Positions 7,010 through 16,350 of a stretch of 64,000 nt of DNA are shown one piece after another. The translations under genes and the position numbers were made by a program. Origin of the DNA: Candidatus Poribacteria bacterium. GTDB taxonomy: Bacteria; Poribacteria; WGA-4E; WGA-3G. How positions within the stretch are numbered: position 1 is the first letter of the stretch; each line of letters opens with the position of its first letter. Where the stretch lies: assembly GCA_963663765.2 (NCBI GenBank), contig CAXXUA010000005.1, forward strand, positions 448,001-512,000, in the 5' to 3' direction. The notes beneath the pieces are model-generated. The model saw only the letters and a list, made by a program, of their open reading frames with translations, did not search any database and had not been told where the DNA came from.

Positions 7010-9349
7010 GTGAAAGTTGAAATGCAACTCGGAAGTGAAAAACTTTCAATAGAAATGGGTAAAGTTGCTAAACAAGCAGATGGTGCCGTTTGGGTACAAT
7101 ACGGTGGAACAGTTGTCTTGGTGACCGTAGTAGCAGATGATAAAGAAAATGATTTAGACTTTTTCCCTCTAACAGTAGATTACAGAGAAAGATCCTATGC
7201 CGCTGGACGCATACCTACAGTATATGGAAGACGTGAACCTCGACCTGGAACATCAGAACAATTGGTTGCACGTCTAATAGATCACTGTATACGTCCACTA
7301 TTCCCAAAGCAATTTAAAGCTGAAGTACAAGTTTTGTGCACCGTCTTATCATCAGATGGTGTTCACCCTGCAGATGTCCCCGCACTCATCGGCACATCTG
7401 CTGCGCTATCTGTTTCAGACATACCTTTTAGTGGTCCAGTAGCAGCAGTCACCATTGGGAAAAAAGATGGAAAATTAATTGTAAATCCAACCTATGAAGA
7501 ATTACATTCTTCTGAGATAGAACTATTTGTCAGTGGTACATCTAATGCTGTGATGTCTGTTGAAGGTGGTGGTCACGAGATACCAGACGACGAAGTAATT
7601 GACACAATCATTGCAGCACACGAAGAGATAAAAGAAATTATCAAACTACAAGAAGGAATTGTCGCTGTTTGTAGTCAGGACAAACGTGAATATGAATCAA
7701 AAACTGTTGAAGATACGTTAAACACTCGTATTAGAGACCTTGCCACCATACGTATACGAGAATCTATAGGGATGGCAGACAAACAAATACGTGAAGATTA
7801 CCTTGAACAGATTCAATCAGACATTCTATCGGAAATCCAAGAGGATACCCCCGAAGAAATTGATCCCAACGCTGAAAAAGACGCAAGGTCTATCCTAAGC
7901 GATATTGAAAAAGAGGAGATGCGGAAAGCTATCCTCAGTGAAGGAAAACGCGTTGATGGACGTGGTGTAAAAGATATTAGAACTATTTCAAGTGAAGTTG
8001 CTCTACTACCTCGTACACACGGTTCTGCGCTTTTTACTCGTGGTCAGACGCAGGCACTATGTGTAACGACACTAGGCACCTCTGGTGATGAAGATGTACA
8101 TCGTGGTTTGGATGGAGAACACCGAAATGCCTTCTTTTTACACTATAACTTCCCACCCTATAGTACTGGTGAAGTGAAACGCATGATGGGTCCGGGACGA
8201 AGAGAAATTGGACACGGTTCGCTCGCACAAAAGGCACTTGAACCTGTCATTCCAAATAAGGAAGAATTCAACTATACTATTCGGGTTGTCTCAGAAATAT
8301 TGGAGTCAAATGCTTCCTCTTCAATGGCTTCTGTGTGTGGTGCTACATTAGCACTTTTGGACGCAGGGGTGCCTTTAAAAAAACCTGTCGCAGGTATTGG
8401 TGTTGGTCTCATTAAAGAGGGTGAACAGGAAGTCATATTAACCGATATGCTCGGTACAGAAGATTTTCTCGGTGATATGGATTTCAAGGTCGCAGGAACA
8501 AAAGAAGGTGTGACAGCCGTACAAATGGACATAAAGATTGATGGCGTTACACCTGAGTTAATGCGGACAGCTATTCATCAAGCAAGGGAAGCACGTATCG
8601 CAGTTATTGAACAGATGAATTCTGTCATTAGTACTCCGCGCGAAGAGTTATCCCCCTACGCACCTCGTATCTACTCACTTCAGATAGCCACTCAAAAGAT
8701 AAAAGACCTGATTGGTCCTCGCGGTAAGACCGTTCAAGGTATTCAAGAAGAAACGAATACCACCATCAATATTGAAGATGATGGTAAAGTTGAAATCGCT
8801 TCAACCAGTGCCGAAGATGTCAAACGTGCTGAAGAAAAAATACGTGAAGTTACTGCAATGCCTGAAATCGGGAAAGAATATACTGGTAAAGTTGTCCGGA
8901 CAGCATCATTTGGTGCATTTGTTGAAATTCTCCCAGGTAAAGATGGATTGGTTCATATTTCACAAATGGGTGATGGTTATGTTCGTAAAGCTGAAGATGT
9001 AATGCAAGTTGGCGATGAAGTGACAGTGAAGATCTTGACAATTGACGATCAAGGTAGAATAGACCTGTCACTAATTGCTGCAAACGGTGTTCCACGAGAA
9101 GAACTTGAAACCAATTCTGAACCCGAGGATGGTTCAGGTGAAGGTGGTCAAGGTCAACGAGAACCCCGTGAACGCTCTAACTACAGAGATAATCGTCCTT
9201 ACCGTGATTCGCGTGACAATCGGGACAATCGGGACAATCGGGACAACCGGGACAACCGGGATAAACGCAACAACCGATATGGACAGAAAGATAACTATCA
9301 GGATTCAAAAAATAGAAGATCACCACGTATTCCTAAAGGTAGGTTTTAA
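7010..9349 (+). CDS. pnp: Polyribonucleotide nucleotidyltransferase with a low-complexity C-terminal extension
   Basis: FFPLTVDY, HGSALFTRGQTQ, RREIGHG, GDMDFKVAGT, KH and S1 domains; follows rpsO. Confidence 0.97.
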   Translation: MKVEMQLGSEKLSIEMGKVAKQADGAVWVQYGGTVVLVTVVADDKENDLDFFPLTVDYRERSYAAGRIPTVYGRREPRPGTSEQLVARLIDHCIRPLFPKQFKAEVQVLCTVLSSDGVHPADVPALIGTSAALSVSDIPFSGPVAAVTIGKKDGKLIVNPTYEELHSSEIELFVSGTSNAVMSVEGGGHEIPDDEVIDTIIAAHEEIKEIIKLQEGIVAVCSQDKREYESKTVEDTLNTRIRDLATIRIRESIGMADKQIREDYLEQIQSDILSEIQEDTPEEIDPNAEKDARSILSDIEKEEMRKAILSEGKRVDGRGVKDIRTISSEVALLPRTHGSALFTRGQTQALCVTTLGTSGDEDVHRGLDGEHRNAFFLHYNFPPYSTGEVKRMMGPGRREIGHGSLAQKALEPVIPNKEEFNYTIRVVSEILESNASSSMASVCGATLALLDAGVPLKKPVAGIGVGLIKEGEQEVILTDMLGTEDFLGDMDFKVAGTKEGVTAVQMDIKIDGVTPELMRTAIHQAREARIAVIEQMNSVISTPREELSPYAPRIYSLQIATQKIKDLIGPRGKTVQGIQEETNTTINIEDDGKVEIASTSAEDVKRAEEKIREVTAMPEIGKEYTGKVVRTASFGAFVEILPGKDGLVHISQMGDGYVRKAEDVMQVGDEVTVKILTIDDQGRIDLSLIAANGVPREELETNSEPEDGSGEGGQGQREPRERSNYRDNRPYRDSRDNRDNRDNRDNRDNRDKRNNRYGQKDNYQDSKNRRSPRIPKGRF

Positions 9350-9560
9350 TTTCTCCCTTGCGTTTATTTTTAATTGATTGAATCACTTCTACCTTATGAA
9401 GTATAAGAGTACAAGTTTTTGACGAAGTCCAGGACAAATAGAAAAACATCTACTTTGAATTGTAAGAGTGATGAGGACTTATCTCCAATGATGGGTGAAT
9501 TTTTTAGAAATGACTTCTTGATTCTATTGAAATTCACCCGTTTTATCTGCATATTCTTAG

Positions 9561-9875
9561 ATGGTGAGTATAATGAGAACACGGATCTCCAACGCAAAAA
9601 GAGAAGTAGAACACGCTAAAAGCGATATACTTGCTCAGAAATGGATGACCAATTTATTGGCTTTCATTTTAATTCTTCTAATCATTGTTTTTGTCATTCT
9701 ATCAATTCCAGCAGTGAAAAGGCAAATTGTACACCTAATACGCATCTTATTATATGGCAAAGAGCAGAAACCTGAACGACCTAAGGTCTCACCTGTTGGA
9801 CAATTAAATCCTCTCCTAAACCCATCATTTTCAATAAATGGAAATTGTAATGAATACCAATTGGTCTTACTATAG
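9561..9875 (+). CDS. Hypothetical single-TM protein
   Basis: One hydrophobic helix; overlaps the next ORF; start uncertain. Confidence 0.45.
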   Translation: MVSIMRTRISNAKREVEHAKSDILAQKWMTNLLAFILILLIIVFVILSIPAVKRQIVHLIRILLYGKEQKPERPKVSPVGQLNPLLNPSFSINGNCNEYQLVLL

Positions 9876-10470
9876 AAGCATCTTTTTACGGTATGTATAC
9901 TCACCTTTCAAAAATTTATATAAAAAAAGCATACCAAAACACGCTTGTAATTACTTAGCAATACTTCTGATTTTTGGTATTGGTTTTACAGCATTTGGTA
10001 TTATCAGCGGTTGCGGATATGTTTCTTCATCTTCGTATCTTGAACACATAGAAAGTATAAATATCCCACTTATAGATATTCAGGATGCCGATATTGCTTA
10101 CGACAATGTGTCACAACGACCCTTTGATGAAATCATTCAAGAAAAACTAATAGAACGATTCAACCGTAAATGGAAAGATGGGAGTGATTCTGAACTGACT
10201 ATCAGGATTCAAGACTACGATATAAGAGAACACGGTTTTGGTCCGAGTGGCAATGTAGAATTGTTAAGAATGAGTTTGCAGGTGGAATACCAATTCCTGG
10301 ATAAGGTTAGAGATAATCTCATCGCAAAGGCAGACAACTACCTACAAATACACGACTTCTATATTGTTGAAAATCGAGGGGAACCTCCTGAAACAGTCGA
10401 TCAAGCGAAGAATCTGATAGTTGAAGAACTCATAGATGACCTCTACAATCAGCTTGCAGAACAGTGGTAA
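9838..10470 (+). CDS. Lipoprotein, LptE-like (true start probably downstream)
   Basis: ISGCGY lipobox-like motif, HIESINIP, C-terminal ...DLYNQLAEQW typical of LptE-like proteins. Confidence 0.55.
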   Translation: MEIVMNTNWSYYRSIFLRYVYSPFKNLYKKSIPKHACNYLAILLIFGIGFTAFGIISGCGYVSSSSYLEHIESINIPLIDIQDADIAYDNVSQRPFDEIIQEKLIERFNRKWKDGSDSELTIRIQDYDIREHGFGPSGNVELLRMSLQVEYQFLDKVRDNLIAKADNYLQIHDFYIVENRGEPPETVDQAKNLIVEELIDDLYNQLAEQW

Positions 10471-11483
10471 CTATGAAATTCCAAGGCACAATAGTTCTCT
10501 GTATTCTGTTCTTGATGATATTTATATCATGTCAACAGCAGGAAAACTTGATTTCTGTCCAACAAGAGGGTATTTATATATTTGGTACATGGTATGCTCC
10601 TACCAATGAGAATGTAAAACATACAAGAACAGAGATACTGAACAGTATTAAGTTACACAATCAAATAAGAAAAAACTCACTTCCATTAATTACGGATGTT
10701 GCACCTGAAACACTTTTGCCTCAGAATGGTGAAATTAATGACTGGGTTCGTTCACGCAAACCCACAACCTATAATCCTAAAACACTCTACGTAGATAGAT
10801 TCATCCCATCTGAAGACGAAATTACAATATATAAAGAATTTGGATTTCAATCACAAGCAGAGGTGGAATTCCAAAGTCCAAAATACGAATCCCTCCCATT
10901 TATATTACTTGAGATATTTGATATGGGAACACCAGAAAACGCTTTCGGGATCTTCAGTGTCAACAATTATCCAAATCCAAAATTTGAGTGGATAGGATGT
11001 AAAGCGATAATTTCAGGAAAATACTTATGGTTTTGGAAGGGGAAATATTTCGTTCAAATTGAAGGCTATGGAATCGCAACCGGAATTCGTAACGGAATGA
11101 TCGAATTAGCAAAAGTAACAGCAAAAAAGATACAGGATAAGCCACAAAAAATTCCTTTGTTTGAGTTACTACCAAGTAATTATATACGAGGTAGTGAAAG
11201 ATTATGGTCAACCGATTGGACATTGCATCAAATTAATAAAACCTTACCCGATATTGTCCCTCAATTAGAGATCGGTGCAATGGGTGTATTTGCTAAATAC
11301 TTACCAAAGAAACCAAAGAATAATAGAAGGCACTATTATGTCTTTGTTATAAAGTATCCAAGTGTAGCAACTGCTGAAAAAGCTTACACACTTTATCAAA
11401 ATACCTTGGTGCAAGAAATGGTAAATTTTGAAATTCATCCGAATGCAGATTCAATACTTATTGAGCAACAGGTTGATTATTGA
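10464..11483 (+). CDS. Hypothetical lipoprotein (DUF6599-like)
   Basis: Lipobox FISC, EIFDMGTPENAFGIFS, FWKGKYFVQI. Confidence 0.65.
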   Translation: MVTMKFQGTIVLCILFLMIFISCQQQENLISVQQEGIYIFGTWYAPTNENVKHTRTEILNSIKLHNQIRKNSLPLITDVAPETLLPQNGEINDWVRSRKPTTYNPKTLYVDRFIPSEDEITIYKEFGFQSQAEVEFQSPKYESLPFILLEIFDMGTPENAFGIFSVNNYPNPKFEWIGCKAIISGKYLWFWKGKYFVQIEGYGIATGIRNGMIELAKVTAKKIQDKPQKIPLFELLPSNYIRGSERLWSTDWTLHQINKTLPDIVPQLEIGAMGVFAKYLPKKPKNNRRHYYVFVIKYPSVATAEKAYTLYQNTLVQEMVNFEIHPNADSILIEQQVDY

Positions 11484-11718
11484 AGTAAAATACTTGAATT
11501 GATGGTATGGATTGAGTTATATTTTGCTTTTAGTAAAATTGCAACCGGTCAATCACTTTGAATATCACGTCATTTATACAAAGGACGCTTTTCTCCAGGA
11601 AAAAATTGCCGAATTGCAGAAAATTCGCGAATGGATTTATAGGTACTAACCCATGCAGAAACAATGATGAAACAAACGTATTCATCTAAAATGAAGCACT
11701 TTACGGTGAGTAATCAGG

Positions 11719-11747
11719 TTGACAATTCGCTGTGAATGTCTTATAAT
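11719..11747 (+). promoter_or_regulatory. Consensus sigma70 promoter of the TA operon, flanked by direct repeat TAATCAGGTTGA
   Basis: TTGACA-17 nt-TATAAT; repeat at 11711 and 11748 is a possible operator. Confidence 0.65.
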
Positions 11748-11819
11748 TAATCAGGTTGATAATAAGATAATAGTACTTACCATAGCATTGATAACTACGA
11801 TTTGTATAGAGGTATATCA

Positions 11820-12038
11820 ATGACAACGCGCCTTGAACAAGTTTTTACAGAAGCATCAAAACTTTCACCGAAGGAACAAGATGCCCTGGCGGATTGGATG
11901 CTTGCTGAACTTCGCTCTGAGAAAAAATGGGATAGATTATTCGCCAATTCTCAAGAGGTATTATCTAAATTGGCTTCTGAAGCAATTGCCGAGTATCGTA
12001 GTGGTCAAACAAGAGAACTTAATCCAGACCAACTATGA
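11820..12038 (+). CDS. Putative type II antitoxin
   Basis: Small acidic helical protein (LSPKEQDALADWMLAEL...WD) overlapping the toxin start (ATGA). Confidence 0.75.
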   Translation: MTTRLEQVFTEASKLSPKEQDALADWMLAELRSEKKWDRLFANSQEVLSKLASEAIAEYRSGQTRELNPDQL

Positions 12039-12304
12039 ATTCAAGAACGACAAAACGCTTTCGCCAGATGCTTGTGAAATTACCAAGTAACATTCAACAA
12101 CAGGCTAAGGAGGCATACAAACTCTTCATTGAAAACACACACCATCCGAGTCTACGATTCAAGAAAGTCCACAATACAGCTTCAATTTACTCCGTACGTA
12201 TCAACATCAATTACCGAGCGGTTGGGGTTGTTGAGAATAGCGTAATTGTTTGGTTCTGGATCGGTCCACATACAGAATATGAGAAATTACTTGGCGAACT
12301 ATGA
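12035..12304 (+). CDS. RelE/ParE-superfamily toxin
   Basis: HPSLRFKKV..YSVRININYRAVG..WFWIGPHTEY. Confidence 0.85.
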   Translation: MNSRTTKRFRQMLVKLPSNIQQQAKEAYKLFIENTHHPSLRFKKVHNTASIYSVRININYRAVGVVENSVIVWFWIGPHTEYEKLLGEL

Positions 12305-12380
12305 GATTTAGGACTTACAAAATAATTGGGTTTGTGGTATCACGGTTTATAATGGCAAAAATAATTCACCAGGAATATAG

Positions 12381-12703
12381 ATGTCAAACTTCAACAATGC
12401 ACAACTCCTTCTAATGAATATCTTCTTAAAGACCTGACACAACCAGAATTTGCGAAAGGTTATCTTGAAGCTGCACTCCAAGATTTTGATAAAGATGGCA
12501 ATAATGAGATACTATTACTTGCAATGAAAGATATTGCAGAAGCATAAGGCGGAATTGAAGGACTGGTCACATGGACATATCTCAGTCCACAGGTTCTCAC
12601 CTATCTCCTTAGTCCCGAGCACCTGACACAATTGGATAAAGTGCTGGAGATTCTCTCTTGGTTAAAAGATACCCGCGACTCAGAACAAGCCGCCATGGAA
12701 TAA
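12381..12703 (+). pseudogene. Addiction-module antidote (HI1420-like HTH) pseudogene; start uncertain
   Basis: EYLLKDLTQPEFAKGYLEAALQD...LLAMKDIAEA-TAA-GGIEGL: premature stop. Confidence 0.65.
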
Positions 12704-12707
12704 TACA

Positions 12708-13029
12708 ATGAAAATCAAACCAGTTAAAGGTAGACCCATGCTGCACTGGGTAGGCAAACGTCCCTTTGACACGATCTATTTTGGCACGCATTGACATAGA
12801 CCGCACCATCTTTGAAGAGTAAATTGACGATTTTCGCGCACAAATTGATTGTGTGTTGATTGATACGGACTACACAGGGGAACATTTCAATATAGTTTTG
12901 AGCGATGTACCAGAGAAAAAGGACGATTATGTTGAGGGAGAATATAAGGTATTACTGCCACGTCCAAAGGCCCGCGTCGCTGTGAAGATTATTGATATGC
13001 TTGGTGAGGAAACGGTTTTTGCGAAATGA
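12708..13029 (+). pseudogene. Internally deleted site-specific DNA methyltransferase remnant
   Basis: N-terminus MKIKPVKGRPMLHWVGKRP joined out of frame to a C-terminus ...VLIDTDY.G..F...VAVKIIDMLGEE; internal TAA at 12820. Confidence 0.6.
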
Positions 13030-13127
13030 CATAAATTAATTCAAGGCACTTAAAAATATAATTTGCGTAATCAGAACATTTTCAGAGACGTTCATGTCTA
13101 TAAATACGCTATCATGAAACAAAACAG

Positions 13128-14198
13128 ATGAAAAGAACACCGCTTTATGAAGTACACAAGTCCCTATATGCAAAATTCACCGAATTTGGTGGGTGGGAAA
13201 TGCCTTTACAATATAGCAGTATTGTAAAGGAACACCTTGCCGTACGTGAAACTGCAGGCTTGTTTGACCTATCTCACATGGGAGAGATTGACATAAAAGG
13301 GAACGGTGCAAATGAATTAGTGCAAAAACTTACCACAAACGACACCAGTCGACTGGCTGATGGTCAGGTGCAATATACACTAATCTGTAATGAAAGTGGT
13401 GGTATAGTCGATGATATTTTGATTTATAGGTCTGAAGACAATAACTATACACTTGTTGTTAACGCTGCTAACATTGAAAAAGACTTTGATTGGATTAAAA
13501 CACATAATGATACAAAGGCTGAAGTGAAGGATGACAGTGATGATACAGCAATGATTGCACTACAAGGTCCAAGATCAATGGACATACTTGTGCGTTTCAC
13601 TCCCGAAGAACTTGCTTATGAAATCAAGTTCTTTCGGTTTGAAGTTAGTAGGGTTGCAGGAAAAAATACCGCAATTTCAAGAACCGGTTATACGGGTGAA
13701 ATCGGTTTTGAGTTATATCTTAAGTCAGAGGATGCCGAAGATGTGTGGAATGAACTCTATCCAGTTGTGATTGAGGAAGGAGGACTACCAGTCGGTCTTG
13801 GTGCGCGCGATACGTTAAGACTTGAAGCAGGATTACGCTTATACGGTATGGACATGGATGAAAACACAACACCTTATGAAGCAGGACTCGGACGTTTTGT
13901 TAAGTTAGACACAGACGATTTTATCGGTAAAGATGCTCTCCTTGTACAGAAGGACACTGGAGAATTAAAAAAGAAATTAGTTGGTTTTCAAATGTTGGAC
14001 CGTGCTGTTGCGCGTTGTGGGTATACCGTCTATCAGAACGACGAGGTTATCGGCAAAGTGACAAGCGGTGCACCTTCACCGAGTCTGAATTGCAATATTG
14101 GATTTGCATCCATCACAAAAAACTCAGGGAACAACATAGAAATTGAAATTAGAGACAAACTGTACCACGCGAAAATCGTGAAGGTGCCTTTTATTTAA
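13128..14198 (+). CDS. gcvT: Glycine cleavage system aminomethyltransferase T
   Basis: EFGGWEMP, FDLSHMG, RTGYTGE, GLGARDTLRLEAG. Confidence 0.97.
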   Translation: MKRTPLYEVHKSLYAKFTEFGGWEMPLQYSSIVKEHLAVRETAGLFDLSHMGEIDIKGNGANELVQKLTTNDTSRLADGQVQYTLICNESGGIVDDILIYRSEDNNYTLVVNAANIEKDFDWIKTHNDTKAEVKDDSDDTAMIALQGPRSMDILVRFTPEELAYEIKFFRFEVSRVAGKNTAISRTGYTGEIGFELYLKSEDAEDVWNELYPVVIEEGGLPVGLGARDTLRLEAGLRLYGMDMDENTTPYEAGLGRFVKLDTDDFIGKDALLVQKDTGELKKKLVGFQMLDRAVARCGYTVYQNDEVIGKVTSGAPSPSLNCNIGFASITKNSGNNIEIEIRDKLYHAKIVKVPFI

Positions 14199-14260
14199 TG
14201 AAATTACAACATGCTGTGGCAATATTATGGGCTTTTGCACAAAAATCCTATTATGTTTAT

Positions 14261-15681
14261 CAAGAATCACGACAAAACCCCTACCTTTAGGTAGTGGAAT
14301 GTAGTCGTGCTAAGTGCTTGTGTCAAGAAAAAACTTGATTTTGGTTTAAAACATGAGATACTCATTATACCAGTTCAGTGTAGGTGCTACTAACACCTAC
14401 ACACCTTTAGTAGAGGGAACTGACGTCTTCATAGGACTGGAATATGATCATGCTAAAAACACATAAGATTGCATTGAATCCAAATAACAATCAACGAAAA
14501 TGGTTTGCACAACAGTGTGGCTATGCGAGATTTGCATATAATCATGCATTAGCAGATTTCAAGTCTGCATTGGCAAATGATGAGTTCTTATCCGCTGCGA
14601 AGTTAAACACTCGATTTAATATTGCTAAGAAAGCACATGCTTGGACTAAAGATATGGATCAGGTTGTAGCCAATAAAAGCATATTTGGTAACTTGTCTGC
14701 TGCGCTTGCGAATTGGGTTGGTAAACGTGCGAAGTTTCCGAAGTTCAAGAAGCGTGGCAAAAAGGACGCATTCACCACAAATAATCAATCTGTAGAAGTT
14801 GAAGGTAAGCGTATCAAACTTCCTAAGATTGGTTGGATTAGAATGTTTGAATCATTGCGTTTTGTGGGTAAGATTATGAAAGTGACGATCTCAAGGACAG
14901 CACATCGTTGGTTTGTATCTATCACCATAGAAACAGAGGACACCGAAGCAGTTGATAACTCAACGCACCCTGTGATTGGTATAGATGTAGGCATAAACAC
15001 ACTTGCCACATTGAGTGATGGCACGAAATATGATAATCCAAGACCCCTGAAACGATATGAAAAGAAGTTAGCAAGAGAACAACGTAGATTAAGTAGAAAA
15101 GTTTTCAAGTCTAACAACTGGTTCAAACAAAAACACAAGTTAGAACGTATCTATTATCGTATCGCTTGTATCCGAAACGATGCACATCATAAAGCAACTA
15201 CAGAGATTGTCAACCTCACATCCGCGATCGGTATTGAGACACTCAAGGTTACTAATATGCTGAAGAACAGAAACCTCGCAAAAGCATTGTCAGATACAGC
15301 ATTAGGCGGTTTCCTGCTAAAACTCAAGACAAAAGCGGAAGTGCGCGGTATACCTGTCAAAGAAGCAGATATGTTCTTTGCAAGTAGTAAAACCTGTTCC
15401 GGTTGTGGACACAAAAAGAAAGACCTAACACTTTCAGAAAGAATGTATCACTGCAGTCAATGTGATATGTCTATAGATAGAGATGTCAACGCTGCAATAA
15501 ACTTGAAACCAACTACGGTGGGACACACCGAAGGTCACGCCTGTGGAGTGCAAATAAGACCCAACGCTGTTCAGAAAAGGGCACGAGACACGGAAGCAGG
15601 AAAAGTCGTTTGGAAACAACTCAAACCGTTTCCAATATAAGAACTAAGAACCCCAATGTTTTAGCTTGGGGAGTATGTCAG
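14261..15681 (+). mobile_element. IS200/IS605-family element, tnpB only
   Basis: Left-end hairpin CCCTACCTTTAGGTAGTGG (~14279-14297) preceded by TTTAT. Right-end hairpin CCCCAATGTTTTAGCTTGGGG followed by AGTATGTCA. No tnpA. Boundaries approximate. Confidence 0.8.
14444..15640 (+). CDS. tnpB: RNA-guided endonuclease TnpB
   Basis: N-terminal HTH, RuvC motifs GIDVG, IGIETL and DRDVNAAIN, zinc finger CSGC...CSQC. Confidence 0.93.
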   Translation: MIMLKTHKIALNPNNNQRKWFAQQCGYARFAYNHALADFKSALANDEFLSAAKLNTRFNIAKKAHAWTKDMDQVVANKSIFGNLSAALANWVGKRAKFPKFKKRGKKDAFTTNNQSVEVEGKRIKLPKIGWIRMFESLRFVGKIMKVTISRTAHRWFVSITIETEDTEAVDNSTHPVIGIDVGINTLATLSDGTKYDNPRPLKRYEKKLAREQRRLSRKVFKSNNWFKQKHKLERIYYRIACIRNDAHHKATTEIVNLTSAIGIETLKVTNMLKNRNLAKALSDTALGGFLLKLKTKAEVRGIPVKEADMFFASSKTCSGCGHKKKDLTLSERMYHCSQCDMSIDRDVNAAINLKPTTVGHTEGHACGVQIRPNAVQKRARDTEAGKVVWKQLKPFPI

Positions 15682-15780
15682 TCGTTCCAGTAGTATTATT
15701 TACAATCCCATGTTCACAGTTTATCTCAGATAATCCTACGGCAAAAGAAATATACCCAAATATTGGGAAATGAAACCTAT

Positions 15781-15911
15781 CAGATCCATTCAATTGTCCA
15801 AAATCATTCTTGTGGGAAGGGTTTGGAACCTTGAATTCAGATCCTCTGTAAAAAATTCGGAGTTATAAAAACATTCAAACAAAGAAATTTTATGACAAAT
15901 GAATGTCTCTG
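15781..15911. mobile_element. MITE (family C-related; TIR CAGA..CATTCAATTGTC) with 10-bp TSD
   Basis: TGAAACCTAT on both flanks; related copy at 56304-56433. Confidence 0.75.
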
Positions 15912-15963
15912 TGAAACCTATTGGATTATTTAACGACAACATAAAAACGTGAAGGAAACATAG

Positions 15964-16350
15964 ATGATTCCAAAGAATTTAAAATACAATGAAAGCCATG
16001 AATGGGTTAGACAAGAGGACGACATCGCTACTATAGGCATCACAGACTATGCACAATCCGAAATACAGGATATAGTCTTCGTTGAATTGCCAGATGTCGG
16101 AACACATATCACACAGAAGACAGAATTCGGAGTAATAGAATCTGTCAAAGCAGCCTTTGATCTATACGCACCTGTCAGTGGAGAAGTAATTGAAGTGAAC
16201 GAATCTCTACTTGATGCTCCAGAACAAATCAATGAATCTCCTTACGATGACGGTTGGTTTCTCAAAATCAAGATGACAGATTCCAATGAACTTGACGAAC
16301 TGCTTGATGCTAATGATTATCAAGCACATATTGAGGCGGAGCATGCTTGA
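15964..16350 (+). CDS. gcvH: Glycine cleavage system H protein
   Basis: [13 protein letters not shown] (lipoyl-Lys), APVSGEV. Confidence 0.97.
   Translation: MIPKNLKYNESHEWVRQEDDIATIGITDYAQSEIQDIVFVELPDVGTHITQKTEFGVIESVKAAFDLYAPVSGEVIEVNESLLDAPEQINESPYDDGWFLKIKMTDSNELDELLDANDYQAHIEAEHA

Noticed and set aside
14444-15640. Cas12f/type V CRISPR effector
   Set aside because: No CRISPR array or cas1/cas2 is nearby, and IS200/IS605 end hairpins flank the gene.
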